From Candidatus Multivoradales bacterium (lineage in GTDB: Bacteria > Acidobacteriota > Thermoanaerobaculia > Multivoradales > Multivoraceae), in assembly GCA_965223325.1 (NCBI GenBank), contig CBDCWI010000002.1, forward strand, positions 960,001 to 1,024,000: 64,000 nt of DNA, read 5' to 3'. The notes below the pieces were generated by a model. That model was not told the DNA's origin and did no database searches. It saw only the letters and a list, made by a program, of their open reading frames with translations. A program made the translations under genes and the position numbers. Positions 1 to 10,744 of this stretch are shown piece by piece. Within the stretch, counting starts at the first letter, position 1. Every line of letters begins with the position of its first letter.

Positions 1-1573
1 TGCCGAAGGGAATGGTGGCGGCTCGGGCCACTCTTTCAACACCCGGCACCCCCTCGAGATTGTCGATCAGGCGAGTCACTAGAGAGGTGGCCTCTGCCTC
101 ACCCAGACCCAGGAAGCTGGTGTCGATCTCGGCCACCACTCCACGATCGAGGTCGAAGCCCGGTTCGAGATTGGCCGAGCGCAAAGCCCCCATGAGAAAG
201 AGCCCGCCGACGACCAGCAGAACGAGGGTCAACGCGATCTCACTGACCACCGGCAGGTTGGCGCGCGCGAACAAGCCGCGCCGCCCGCCGACGTCGCCGC
301 GCCGGCCTTCACGCAGCGCCTGGGAGAGATCCTGGCGACTCAAGCGAAGGGCGGGCAACAGACCGAAGATCAACGTCGCCAGCAGACAGAACACGAGAGT
401 CGCGGCCACCACCCGGTAGTCGATGGAGCCGCCGAACTCGAACTGCACCGGCGAGATTCTCATGATCGATGCGGTCAAGAGGCGAGGGATGAGCCAGGCC
501 ATCACAAGGCCGAGACCGCCACCGATGACGGCGAGAACGAAGCCCTCGACCAGGAGCTGACGGACAATCGCCGCACGACCGCCACCGAGGGCCAGGCGCA
601 CGGCAATCTCCGAGCGGCGAGCGGCGCTCTTCGCCGCCTGCATGGTCGAGAGGTTGAGGCCCGCGACCAGCAGAATCGCCAGCGACATCGCGAGCAACAA
701 GGCACCGAGCACCGCCATCTGAGAGTCGTTCGTCGGGTCGGTCGAGACCGACGACCGTGACAGCGGGTGCAACTCGAAGGTCAGGTTCTGATGAATCGCC
801 GGCCACTCCTCCCGGAGTTGGGCGCCAATCGCAACGGCCTCTGCCTCGGCAGCCTCGCGCTCAACCCCCTCGCCTAGCCTGGCCACGACAATGAGTGCGT
901 CGTTGTTGCGATCATCGAGACCCTGGGTGTTCGAATCGCTGTTTCCAGCGAGTGAACCAAGCGCCGACAGCGGTACAAAGAGGTCGGGAGCGAAGACCGC
1001 GGAAAAGCCCGCAAAGCGCTCCGGCGCCACCCCGACCACCTGGTAGGGCTCGCTGTTGAGTAGCACCTCCTTGCCGATCACGTCCGGGTCGGCACCGCGC
1101 CGCTTCCACAGCGAGTGGCCGAGCACGCAAACGCGGTGTAGCTCCTGCGGATTCTCCTCGGCCGAGGTGAACCAACGCCCTCGATGCGGCGTCACGCCAA
1201 AGAGCTCGAAATAGTTCGACGACACGCCGTCGACGAACCCACGCCGCACGTTCTCCCCTGCACCAATTCCGACCATCGCCAGGTTGTGAGCCGCAACGTC
1301 AGTCAGCGACCGGGCGCGCTCGCGCAGATCAACGAACGCCGGGTACGACAGTGCCGCGTAGGCACCGCTCTCCAGGTCACGGCCGAAGACGCCGATGACG
1401 CTCTCCGGGTCTTTGATCGCCTGCGGCTGGTACAACAGCGTATCGACCAGGTTGAACATGGCACTGTTGGCGCCGATACCAATGGTGAGCACGGCGATGG
1501 AGAGTGCCGTCGTCGTCGGATGCTTGCGCAAACTGCGCAGTGCCATCTTGAGGTCTTGTCCGATGGAGCCCAT
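1..1573 (-). CDS. ABC transporter permease, MacB/FtsX-like (ADOP, acidobacterial duplicated permease); runs off the left edge
   Basis: Not in the ORF track. Manual translation from ATG 1573 gives MGSIGQDLKMALRSLRKHP...LTIGIGANSAMFNLVD...LSYPAFVDLRE...VSSNYFELFGV...RRSEIAVRLALGGGRAAIVRQLLVEG, the typical ADOP motifs. Confidence 0.9.
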   Translation of the reverse strand, partial: MGSIGQDLKMALRSLRKHPTTTALSIAVLTIGIGANSAMFNLVDTLLYQPQAIKDPESVIGVFGRDLESGAYAALSYPAFVDLRERARSLTDVAAHNLAMVGIGAGENVRRGFVDGVSSNYFELFGVTPHRGRWFTSAEENPQELHRVCVLGHSLWKRRGADPDVIGKEVLLNSEPYQVVGVAPERFAGFSAVFAPDLFVPLSALGSLAGNSDSNTQGLDDRNNDALIVVARLGEGVEREAAEAEAVAIGAQLREEWPAIHQNLTFELHPLSRSSVSTDPTNDSQMAVLGALLLAMSLAILLVAGLNLSTMQAAKSAARRSEIAVRLALGGGRAAIVRQLLVEGFVLAVIGGGLGLVMAWLIPRLLTASIMRISPVQFEFGGSIDYRVVAATLVFCLLATLIFGLLPALRLSRQDLSQALREGRRGDVGGRRGLFARANLPVVSEIALTLVLLVVGGLFLMGALRSANLEPGFDLDRGVVAEIDTSFLGLGEAEATSLVTRLIDNLEGVPGVERVARAATIPFG

Positions 1574-1784
1574 GGGTTCTCCCTTCTGGCGGCCTGGCCG
1601 GTCACCGACCTGTTCCCGAATCGTGGGTGGACAGTTGGTTCTAGGAAGAGACGAGCCGGCTCCTCCAAGGGTTTCAATCACACTCTAGAAACCGCCATCG
1701 GGGTCTCGCGAGAGCGTCTCCAGGTCATGCGACAATGGAGGACAGTCCCCGCATGCAGACTGGTTGGAAACAGGAGCAAGACCG

Positions 1785-4409
1785 ATGAGCACTGAAGTGA
1801 AACACGGCACACCGGACGTCGACGTGGTGGTTGTTGGCGCCGGAATGGCAGGGTTGTACATGCTGCACCGCCTACGTCAGCTCGGCTTTGACGCGGTCGT
1901 CTTAGAGGCCGCAGACGATGTCGGCGGCACGTGGTATTGGAACCGCTACCCGGGTGCCCGCTGTGACATCCCGAGCCTCGACTACCAGTACGCGTTCGAT
2001 CCCGAGCTCGAAAAGGAGTGGCAGTGGTCAGAGAAGTACGCCACCCAGCCAGAGATTCTGCGCTACCTGCAACATGTCGCCGAGCGCTACGACTTGCGGC
2101 GCGATATCCGCTTCGCGACCCGCGTCAAACGAGCGCGCTGGGACGAGGAAAGCTTCACCTGGCGCATCGAGACCGAAGCAGCTCCCCCCGGTGGAGCCAG
2201 TGGCAACGGTGACGAAGCGCAGATCACCTGCCGCCACTACGTCATGGCCACCGGCTGCCTCTCGATGCCCAAGGGTCCCGAGATCGAAGGCGCCGCGCGC
2301 TTTTCGGGCGACGTGTACTTCACTTCGCGCTGGCCGCACGAGGGCGTCGACTTCGCCGGCCAACGGGTTGCGGTCATTGGCACCGGGTCGTCTGGCATTC
2401 AGTCGATCCCGATCATTGCCGAGCAGGCCAAAGAACTGTTCGTCTTCCAGCGCACACCGAACTTCTCGATCCCCGCCAACAACGGTCCGATTCCGGAAGA
2501 CAAGCGGAAGATCATCGAGAAAGACCGGGCGGCCTACCGCGCCGAAGCCCGCATGTCGCAGGCCGGAGTCCCAGTCACCGTTCCCACCGAAGGAGTCTTC
2601 CAGGTACCGGAAGAGGAGCGCCTCCAACGCTTCGAGCGCGCCTGGTCGAAGGGAGAACTGCTCGCACCTGGCGAGGAGTTCACCGACCTGATCGTTAGTC
2701 CCGAAGCCAATGAAGCGTTCTCGGAGTATGTGCGCGACCGGATCCGGGCCAGGGTCCAAGACCCCGAGCTCGCCGAGCTCCTATGCCCGAAAGACTTCCC
2801 CATCATGACCAAACGCCTGTGCCTCGACACCGGCTACTACGAGACCTTCAATCAACCGCACGTCCACCTGGTCGATCTGAACACCAGACCCATCTCCACC
2901 ATCACCGAAACCGGCATCGACTTCGGCGACGAATCGAAAGACTTCGACGCCATCGTCTACGCCACCGGTTTCGACGCCATGACCGGAGCGCTGGTCGCCG
3001 TCGACATCGAGGGGCGCGATGGCACGACGCTCAAAGGCGCGTGGGCGGAGGGCCCGAGAACCTACCTCGGCCTGCTCGCGCGCGGCTTTCCCAATCTCTT
3101 CATGATCACCGGCCCGGGCAGCCCGTCGGTGCTCTCGAACATGGTGGTCTCGATCGAGCAGCATGTCGACTGGATCGCGGAGTGCCTGGCCAGCATGCGA
3201 GAGCACGGCTACACCACGATCGAGCCAACCGAAGTCGCCCAGGAAGCCTGGGGTACTCACGTCAACGACTGTGCTGACATCACGCTCTTCCCGCAGGCAG
3301 CATCCTGGTACATGGGCGCCAACGTGCCCGGCAAGCCGCGGGTCTTCCTGCCCTATCTGGGCGGGGTTGGCACCTATCGTGAGACCTGCGACCGCGCGGT
3401 TTCCGAAGGCTATCTGGGCTTCGAGCTGCAGGGCCCCGCGAAAAAGCAGTGCAACGACGGCGTCGTCTTCCCTCTGCAGCCTGACGTCGCGACGCTTCTC
3501 GGGATCATGGAAGAGCTCGCGCTACCGCCCATCGAATCGCTCTCACCCGACGAAGCGCGAGCGCTGATGGCAGGCATCGCCGAACAAAACCCACCTGGCC
3601 CCGAGGTCGGCGAGGTGACCGACGGCACCCTCCCCGGCGCAGCCGGGGCGCTGAACTATCGCCTCTACCGTCCCGCCAGTGCCGGGCCACACGCAATCGT
3701 AGTGTACTTCCACGGTGGCGGTTGGGTGCTCGGCGCGCACGATTCCGACGACCCCTTCTGCCGCGACCTGTGTCTGCGCTCGGGGGCCATCGTGATCTCG
3801 GTGGACTATCGCCATGCGCCCGAGGCACGCTTCCCCGCCGCCGCCGACGATGCCTATGCCGCCGTCTCCTGGGTAGCAAAGAACGCGGCCGAGCTCGGCG
3901 GGCTGGCGGATCGCCTGATCGTCGCCGGCTGGAGCGCCGGTGCCAACCTCGCCGCCGTCGCCTGCCAGGAAGCTCAGCGCTGCAGAGGCCCAGAAATCGC
4001 TGGGCAGCTGCTGGTCACTCCAGTGGTCGATTGTGACTTCACACGCGGGTCGTACCAGGAGAACGCCGAAGGCTACGTCTTGACGGCGGCGCTCATGAGG
4101 TGGTTCTGGAATCACTACGCCGACGAGGACCAGCGGTCAGACCCGCGTGCTTCTCCACTCCGCGCCGATTCCCTGGCCGGCCTCCCCCCTGCGGCGATCT
4201 TCACCTGTGAGTTCGACCCGCTGCGCGACGAGGGCGCCGCCTACGCCGAAGCGCTCGCCGAAGCGGGAGTCCCGGTCGAGCACTTTCCGTGCCGTGGCCA
4301 CATCCACACCTCGCTTGGCGCAGTCGACGTGATCCTCTCGAGCGCCCCGATTCGTGAGCAGATGGCCGAAGCGGTCAAGAACTTTGCCGGTGCCCTCGCG
4401 TCCGCATGA
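1785..4409 (+). CDS. Baeyer-Villiger monooxygenase fused to a C-terminal HSL-family alpha/beta hydrolase
   Basis: BVMO part: [43 protein letters not shown]. Hydrolase part: HGGGW, GWSAG, DPLRDEG. GGAG RBS before ATG 1785. Confidence 0.92.
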   Translation: MSTEVKHGTPDVDVVVVGAGMAGLYMLHRLRQLGFDAVVLEAADDVGGTWYWNRYPGARCDIPSLDYQYAFDPELEKEWQWSEKYATQPEILRYLQHVAERYDLRRDIRFATRVKRARWDEESFTWRIETEAAPPGGASGNGDEAQITCRHYVMATGCLSMPKGPEIEGAARFSGDVYFTSRWPHEGVDFAGQRVAVIGTGSSGIQSIPIIAEQAKELFVFQRTPNFSIPANNGPIPEDKRKIIEKDRAAYRAEARMSQAGVPVTVPTEGVFQVPEEERLQRFERAWSKGELLAPGEEFTDLIVSPEANEAFSEYVRDRIRARVQDPELAELLCPKDFPIMTKRLCLDTGYYETFNQPHVHLVDLNTRPISTITETGIDFGDESKDFDAIVYATGFDAMTGALVAVDIEGRDGTTLKGAWAEGPRTYLGLLARGFPNLFMITGPGSPSVLSNMVVSIEQHVDWIAECLASMREHGYTTIEPTEVAQEAWGTHVNDCADITLFPQAASWYMGANVPGKPRVFLPYLGGVGTYRETCDRAVSEGYLGFELQGPAKKQCNDGVVFPLQPDVATLLGIMEELALPPIESLSPDEARALMAGIAEQNPPGPEVGEVTDGTLPGAAGALNYRLYRPASAGPHAIVVYFHGGGWVLGAHDSDDPFCRDLCLRSGAIVISVDYRHAPEARFPAAADDAYAAVSWVAKNAAELGGLADRLIVAGWSAGANLAAVACQEAQRCRGPEIAGQLLVTPVVDCDFTRGSYQENAEGYVLTAALMRWFWNHYADEDQRSDPRASPLRADSLAGLPPAAIFTCEFDPLRDEGAAYAEALAEAGVPVEHFPCRGHIHTSLGAVDVILSSAPIREQMAEAVKNFAGALASA

Positions 4410-4440
4410 TGCGAGGCCCGGGCGGCTTCCGCCCGCCGCC

Positions 4441-6918
4441 TCACTCCGGACCGGAAAAGGCTTCGGGCTGGCTCCAGAAAGCAGTGAAAACGTCGTCGCC
4501 GTGGATGTAGAAAATCGCCTCGCCAGCCAGCACCGAGCGATCGTCGCCGAAGATCGGATATTGGCGGTCGGGAGAGGCGAGGTCGTACTCCTCGACGGTC
4601 ATCTCGCCCTGGTGAATGAGCGCGCCGCCCTGGACATCGACCTCGAAGAGCTCGAGCGCACTCTTTGACCACCCGTAGTGTGTCCAAGGCGCATCGTCCG
4701 ACGAAACGCCGCGCTCATGGATGCGCGCGCCGAGGGCGAACCGCGGTCGGCGCTCGTCGCTTCCTGGCAGGAAGGTGAACGCGCGGTGAGTCGAAAGCAC
4801 CGGCGTCTCACTCCCGCGCTTTCCGAGCACCAGCGCGTCGACCTCGGCCGGCCGCGCCGGATCGCGCACGTCGTAGAGCGATACCTTCACCCCCTGGTAC
4901 CAGGCGCCACGGAAGTCGCCGCGGGGGTCTGGAATCGCGTCTTTGCCGACCCCGACCAGGAAACCGCCTTCGATCGGATGCAGGTAGTCCGAGTAGCCGG
5001 TGATCTCGAGCTCGCCGGCTACGAACGGCTCTTCCGGATCGGAAAGATCGACGACGTAGAGCGGGTCGGTGATCAGGAACGTCACAAAGTACGCGCGATC
5101 ACCAACGAAGCGGGTGGCATACAACAGCTCGCCGGGCTTCCCGATGGGCTCGGGGTGAGCTGCGTTGGGGAGCCGTGAAATCTCCTCGAGCTCAGCGCTC
5201 CCGACATCGCGGAGCACTGTCAGGGCAACAGGGCTCTGGTCAGCGGTGAGCTCGTTGGTGTAGGTCACCACCCGTAGATCAGCACCCGACTCGCTCATGC
5301 GAAATGGCTTACGCTCGATGTTCCAGCCCAGGTGTCCGGAGACAACGCCTGAAGCCTGGTAGCGGATCGCACCACCCGCGAGCGCGAACTTGTGCACGTC
5401 GGTCTCGACGGTCGGCACACTGTAGTCGATGGCCGGGAATTCATCGGTTTCACCGGGCACCAGCCGGTAGTCGTAGCGGGTGCTGGCGAGGTACATGTTC
5501 TCGAGCGAGACATAGAGGGTCTCGGAGGCACCAACGAAACACACCGACGACGAGACCTCCATCGCGTCCAGGTCGATCGCCACCAGGCTGATGACGTCGG
5601 CGGAACGAATCGGTGAGTTCTCATTCGGCAGGTAGCAGTCGAACGGATTGACCAGTGAGCGTTCAGGGGACGAGCGATGGGCAGCGTCCACGCGACGGTA
5701 AGCCGGAGTCAGGTCGCTGAGGCTCGCGCTCTCGATGCGCGCGAGCTCAGCCGCCGCACCATGCGCTCCGGGCTCGAAGAACGCCAGGTCGGTGATGTGG
5801 GGGTGAAAACGCATCGCCAGGTAGAGAACACCACCGATGCGGCGACTCGAAACAATCTCGCCTTCGATCTCGAGTGACGCCTGCCGGGCAGGAGTACCGG
5901 GCGTCGAAACGTCGAGCGCAGTCACCGTTGATGAGCCACCCTGCCAAGCCAGCGGGCTGTACCAGAACCCATAGTCGAGGCCGTAGCCACTCGCCGTCAC
6001 CACCAGTTGATCGCTGTCCGCGCGAAGGTAGAGGCCCTTCGCCACCTGGCCCTCACGCATTGACACTTCATAGAGGCCGATCTCGCTGGCGCTCGCCGCC
6101 GCGGAATCGAGCGCAAGAACCCGGATCCAGTTGCCGGACCGGCTCTCCGGCGCGACGAGCCTTCGCGTCTGGTGGTTCTTCAACACAAACAGCGTCTCGC
6201 CGTCGCTCTTGATGCGGTCTGCTTCATCGACGCCTTCGACCTGGACATTGGTTTCGGACACCGGCACGCTCAGACCTCCGCCGCCCCCGCCGTCGCCAGG
6301 CACACCACTCGGACCACCGATCGTCGCCGGGCCGAATGCCCAGGGAGAAGGTTCGCCGTAGGTCACCTCGAGGCCGCGCTCGAGGTAGCGTTCTAGAACC
6401 GTCGCATTCGCGACCCGCACGAGGCGAAAGCGCGCCGCGCTGCTCCCTCCGTCGTCCTCACCTGCCTGCCATTGCCCATCGCGGCAAACCGCAGGGCTCG
6501 CTCCCGAGCCACCACCGGGCAAGCGCATAAAGACCGCCCCGCTGCAGGCCGGAGCCGTCGTTTCATCACAAACGTTCGGAGTGAACTCGCCGGCGCGCCA
6601 GATCTCTCCGTTGGCAAAGACATGCTCCGGGCATTCTGGATGGCGCGCCGTATCCGGATCGGCGACCACCCAGCGACCGGCCCGGCACACCGCGGTAGAG
6701 AAGCGCTGTTCGCCCCAGAAGTAGATGTCCTCGCAGAAAGACCCGGCGGAACAAACGTTGGCGCCCAACGTCGAACCGAAGTAGGCGCGTTCCCCGTCGA
6801 GGACTCCGCCGGTTGGGCAGGTCTGAGGCACCAGGGCTCCGGGAACGAAGACGTAGCTCGAGAAGGCAATCGTAAGAACAAAAGTCGCGGGCAGAGCGCG
6901 TTCTAGGAGGTTCTTCAT
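4441..6918 (-). CDS. Secreted beta-propeller domain protein (Beta_propel/PF09826-like) with a Cys-rich N-terminus
   Basis: Motifs TNVQVEGVDEADRIKSDG, RFVGDRAYFVTF, DPLYVVDLSDP, GELEITGYSDYLHP. Signal-like N-terminus from MKNLLER. Confidence 0.8.
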   Translation of the reverse strand: MKNLLERALPATFVLTIAFSSYVFVPGALVPQTCPTGGVLDGERAYFGSTLGANVCSAGSFCEDIYFWGEQRFSTAVCRAGRWVVADPDTARHPECPEHVFANGEIWRAGEFTPNVCDETTAPACSGAVFMRLPGGGSGASPAVCRDGQWQAGEDDGGSSAARFRLVRVANATVLERYLERGLEVTYGEPSPWAFGPATIGGPSGVPGDGGGGGGLSVPVSETNVQVEGVDEADRIKSDGETLFVLKNHQTRRLVAPESRSGNWIRVLALDSAAASASEIGLYEVSMREGQVAKGLYLRADSDQLVVTASGYGLDYGFWYSPLAWQGGSSTVTALDVSTPGTPARQASLEIEGEIVSSRRIGGVLYLAMRFHPHITDLAFFEPGAHGAAAELARIESASLSDLTPAYRRVDAAHRSSPERSLVNPFDCYLPNENSPIRSADVISLVAIDLDAMEVSSSVCFVGASETLYVSLENMYLASTRYDYRLVPGETDEFPAIDYSVPTVETDVHKFALAGGAIRYQASGVVSGHLGWNIERKPFRMSESGADLRVVTYTNELTADQSPVALTVLRDVGSAELEEISRLPNAAHPEPIGKPGELLYATRFVGDRAYFVTFLITDPLYVVDLSDPEEPFVAGELEITGYSDYLHPIEGGFLVGVGKDAIPDPRGDFRGAWYQGVKVSLYDVRDPARPAEVDALVLGKRGSETPVLSTHRAFTFLPGSDERRPRFALGARIHERGVSSDDAPWTHYGWSKSALELFEVDVQGGALIHQGEMTVEEYDLASPDRQYPIFGDDRSVLAGEAIFYIHGDDVFTAFWSQPEAFSGPE

Positions 6919-6922
6919 GGCG

Positions 6923-8389
6923 TTACCCACAAACCGCGAGGGCGTTCGTGTCCGTGACCGCCGGCGAAGCCTGGCCGAGAAGGTTCTGGTAGACAGCGCT
7001 CTTCCCGGTCGCAGTGTCCAGGACGGTGAGCGTGTACTCGACATCGGTGCTCGCCGAGGCAAACACCCAGTAGTGCGAGTTGATCGCACACCCATTGAGA
7101 ACTTTGACCAGCACCTCCCAGTTGTTCTCACCGAAGAAGGTAAAGATGGCCGAGCTGTTGTTGGTCGCCTGGCCGCTCGAAGCTACGAACGGCACTGGAG
7201 CCCCGAGACCACGACCTCCCTTACCATCGCGCCAGGCAACGCTCACTCGGAACCGTCCGTCGATCTCGTGCGCCAGCTGCTCTGCCTGGTGCAGGCGCGA
7301 GGACTGCGACCAGGTCGAGAAAGCTCCCTCGTCACTCGGCTCACTGCGCTGAGTGTGTACTCGATAGAGGCCCGTTTCGAGGCCCGCAACCGGCAAACGA
7401 TAGGTCACCGTCTCGGAAGGCCCGCAGGCAGCAGCGGTCTCCTCGAGCGCGAAACGAGCATAGACGTCGCGCCCATGGGCGAAGGCGACATGCGGCCGGA
7501 CCTCCCAACTCCGACAGGTTGCACCGGTAGAACGGTTGGGAACCTCTGCCTCGACGACCACCTGATGAACCTCACGCTCCGGATCGGCCTCGAGCCAGGA
7601 ACCAACCACCCGTGGCTCGCCGGCCGCGACCACGTGCACCGTATTGGCCGCGTAGACCTCGACCACCGAGGGCAGTGCCAGGTCGGGAACCTCCACCGTT
7701 ATCGCGTAGGCACCAGGCGGCAGCGCAGGAACAGGAACACGGAGCGCGAGCGTCACCGGGTCATCCGATTCGGGCAGACACATCGAGTCGGTCCGGCGCA
7801 GAGAAACCACCACCGACTTCTCTGAGGCACTGGCCTTGACCTCGTTCAGCCGCGGTACGCACGAGTTTCTCCACTGCCCTTCAACCAGCAGCTCGAAAGC
7901 TTCGCCCGCCATCGGTTGACCACTCTTCGCTCCGACCTCGCCAGGCGTGACATAGAACGACCCGGGATCTGAAAAACCGGCGAACTGAGGAGTGCCTCCC
8001 GCCACTGGCCAGTCGATGCCGTACTCCTCCACCGACCACTCCCCCACCCGCAACCGGCCCACGCGATGAGAAACGAGCTCGAGCGGAGACCCGCCTGGGG
8101 CAGCGTGGGAGGAGAGGACAATCCGCCGCCGGTCCGACAACAGCATGGGCACGGCGGGCAACTGATCTTCAGTACGAGCGCGCACCACCACCACCTCGGC
8201 AGCCGACGTCGGGTGCGACGGCGTGATCATCCCCTCAACGACAAGACCCGTCTGCGCCAGCGCCGGCTCGGCGACCAGCAGAGCCGCGAGAAGCGCCAGC
8301 AAGCGCAACCGTGTGGCAAGGCAGGCGCCCAATGGACGAAGTCGACAACAAACCGTCAGACGATGCAAGTGATGGAGCCAGGGCTTCAA
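6923..8389 (-). CDS. Secreted hypothetical protein with C-terminal 'GRF.V.V.W...FF...NWE.LVK.L.GC..N...WVF' domain; start uncertain
   Basis: Signal peptide LLALLAALLVAEPALAQ. The C-terminal ~105 aa are clearly homologous to the protein at 50823..51281. Confidence 0.75.
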   Translation of the reverse strand: MKPWLHHLHRLTVCCRLRPLGACLATRLRLLALLAALLVAEPALAQTGLVVEGMITPSHPTSAAEVVVVRARTEDQLPAVPMLLSDRRRIVLSSHAAPGGSPLELVSHRVGRLRVGEWSVEEYGIDWPVAGGTPQFAGFSDPGSFYVTPGEVGAKSGQPMAGEAFELLVEGQWRNSCVPRLNEVKASASEKSVVVSLRRTDSMCLPESDDPVTLALRVPVPALPPGAYAITVEVPDLALPSVVEVYAANTVHVVAAGEPRVVGSWLEADPEREVHQVVVEAEVPNRSTGATCRSWEVRPHVAFAHGRDVYARFALEETAAACGPSETVTYRLPVAGLETGLYRVHTQRSEPSDEGAFSTWSQSSRLHQAEQLAHEIDGRFRVSVAWRDGKGGRGLGAPVPFVASSGQATNNSSAIFTFFGENNWEVLVKVLNGCAINSHYWVFASASTDVEYTLTVLDTATGKSAVYQNLLGQASPAVTDTNALAVCG

Positions 8390-8519
8390 AGGTGATCCTC
8401 CCGGTGGTGAGCGACACGGTCTGTGCCCGGTACGAAGGTGAAGAAAATGTCATCATAGCATGATCTCGATGCCGAAACACCCTAGAAGAAATCCCTCTCC
8501 CGATGAGCCCATCGTCGCC

Positions 8520-8554
8520 CACTATAAAACTTAGGGTGCTAAACTTTCATAGTG
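8520..8554 (+). promoter_or_regulatory. Imperfect inverted repeat overlapping an extended -10 box and the fic start codon
   Basis: CACTATAAAACTTAG-ggtg-CTAAACTTTCATAGTG. TGcTAAACT lies about 7 nt before GTG 8552. Confidence 0.5.
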
Positions 8555-9769
8555 AGGCGTTCATACGGTCACTATGAAACTTCCGTCGCTGCGGGTGAAA
8601 CGGTCCGAGCCTTCGTGCCCGGTACGCTTCCCCTGGATCCGCCCCTCGATCTGGGACCCCAACTCCTCGCCACCCAGCAGCGCGTCGAGCGTGCACTGCT
8701 GCGCCTCGATGAACGCTGTCGCTTGCTTCAGGACCCTCAGCTCCTCCTGTTCTTCCTCGTGCGCAAGGAAGCGGTTCTCTCCTCCCAGATCGAAGGCACG
8801 CAGTCCTCGCTCGAAGACCTGCTCCTGATCGATCGCCAGCCGGCGAATGAGTCTCAGCTACGCCTCCTCCCCCGCACTCCTGACGGCGAGCTACGCGCTG
8901 ACGCCACGGCCGTCGCCGGGTACGTCGCCGCAGTCGAACACGGAATAGAGCGTATTGCGGAGGGGTTCCCGCTCTCCAATCGTCTGCTGCGGGAAATGCA
9001 TGCGCGACTGCTCTCGCGTGAGTTCACACGACGGGGCGCGCACCAGGCACCCGGAGAGTTCCGGCGCTCACAGAACTGGATCGGCGGTTCACGCCCTCGT
9101 CTCGCTGCCTTCGTTCCGCCGCCGCCCCACCAAGTCGAAAACCTGATGACGAACCTCGAGCGCTACCTTCACACCCCTGGCATCCCGCCCATGGTTCGCG
9201 CCGGGGTCGCGCACGTTCAGTTCGAGACCATCCACCCCTTCCTCGACGGCAACGGCCGCATTGGACGCATGCTGATCGTCCTCTTGCTGCTCGACAACAA
9301 CCCGACGGGCGACGGTCTGCTCCACCTACCTCTCCTCTACCCTTCGCTCTTCTTCAAAGAAAGACGACGCGATTACTACGACCGTCTCGATCTCGTGCGG
9401 TCCGAGGGCGACTTTGAAGGATGGTTACGCTTCTTTTTCGAGGGCATCGCTACCGCAGCTGACGACACGGCAAGTACGATCGAACGCGCAGAAGCGCTTC
9501 GTCGCGAGCACCTCGAGTCCGTCGACTCCCTTGGCCGTGCCCGCCACAATGCACGGCGCCTGCTCGAATGGATGGCCCGTCAGCCGGTCGCCACCGCCGC
9601 CCAGGTCGCCGACGCCCTCGATGTCTCGCGTCCAACCGCCACAAAGGCACTCGAACGCCTCGTCGACCTCCGACACGTCGAGGAGATCACCGGGAAGAAA
9701 CGCGATCGAGTCTGGGCATACTCCTCATGGCTTCGGCTGCTGGCCGAAGACACAGACTCGCCTCTTTGA
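8552..9769 (+). CDS. Fic family protein with N-terminal extension and C-terminal HTH
   Basis: Canonical HPFLDGNGRIGR motif, EAVLSSQIEGTQ, PGEFRRSQNWIGG, and a C-terminal HTH-like segment ending EITGKKRDRVW. Confidence 0.93.
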   Translation: MRRSYGHYETSVAAGETVRAFVPGTLPLDPPLDLGPQLLATQQRVERALLRLDERCRLLQDPQLLLFFLVRKEAVLSSQIEGTQSSLEDLLLIDRQPANESQLRLLPRTPDGELRADATAVAGYVAAVEHGIERIAEGFPLSNRLLREMHARLLSREFTRRGAHQAPGEFRRSQNWIGGSRPRLAAFVPPPPHQVENLMTNLERYLHTPGIPPMVRAGVAHVQFETIHPFLDGNGRIGRMLIVLLLLDNNPTGDGLLHLPLLYPSLFFKERRRDYYDRLDLVRSEGDFEGWLRFFFEGIATAADDTASTIERAEALRREHLESVDSLGRARHNARRLLEWMARQPVATAAQVADALDVSRPTATKALERLVDLRHVEEITGKKRDRVWAYSSWLRLLAEDTDSPL

Positions 9770-10522
9770 GGCTCGGTGGAATGAGCTGTCGTTGTGGTCA
9801 TGCAGGCCACGACTCTCGAAAGACAGGTCCCCCGATCACTATCTGGGCTCCATCTCGGTTCTCCACGCTACGAAGTGCGCTGGGCCGACGATGTCGACCC
9901 CGTCTCCTACAAAGTCACCGCACTCGCAGTCGTCGCCCTTCTACGCCAGCGATGGCCACAGCGATCGATCCGGAGGAGCAGGCGGACGCGGCACCACCCG
10001 AGTTCCCGTTAGAGGTCGACGGGAAGCAGGGAGATGTCCTCCCTCACATCGAAGTGAAGTACTTCGCCTGCGACGACGCTCTCTCCACCAGCCAAGCGCT
10101 CGATCGCAACCCCAGGGCCCGACTCCGAGTCGCCCCGGCCGCCTGGGAGAGTTCTCTGTGTACGATCCGCCGCACTCTGGGAATAATTACATGGAACCCC
10201 GGTTCCTCCTCGAGCCTGCCCTTCCCCCGAAGAAACAGCGGCAGTAACCACGTTAGGCCAGCGACCCGCCGCCAATATCCCGCTCCGGCGGTCCACCTTT
10301 CACGCCAAAACCAACAAAGGCCGCCAACCAAGTCCTCCTTTCCGAACGCGGAGAGCTCCGCCGGTGTCCGGAAGAACGGTACCCGCATTGCGCTTCCGGG
10401 ACTCTCCGTGAATTGCCAGCGGTACAATAGGTGGAAATGGGCGGCGAGGTTCGCTGTTTTCGTTCCATTGAATAACACTGTTCGGCTACATGTCGCGAGC
10501 ACAGACTCTTCGGTAGAATCGG

Positions 10523-10741
10523 ATGATGAAGATCGTCAAAGGAACCGTCGTTGATGGCCGGGTCGAGGTTGTAGGCGAACGGCTCGAAGATGGGCAGTCG
10601 GTGACCGTCCTGGTCGGCCAAGGCGAGGAATCGTTCACGTTGCCCGCCCACCAGGTCGCCGAGCTGCAAGCCGCGCTCGACGAATCAGCTCGAGGCGAGG
10701 TCGTAGACGGCTGGGAGCTTCTCGAAGATCTGCGGGCCTGA
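10523..10741 (+). CDS. Putative antitoxin / addiction module component
   Basis: 72-aa acidic protein (ELQAALDESARGEVVDGWELLEDLR) ending 3 nt upstream of a RelE/ParE toxin. TAGAAT -10 box just upstream. Confidence 0.75.
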   Translation: MMKIVKGTVVDGRVEVVGERLEDGQSVTVLVGQGEESFTLPAHQVAELQAALDESARGEVVDGWELLEDLRA

Positions 10742-10744
10742 GTC

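Noticed and set aside
10044-10502. Minus-strand ORF in the position where intI would be expected
   Set aside because: No tyrosine recombinase motifs (R...HxxR...H/W...Y) and no convincing protein-like composition.
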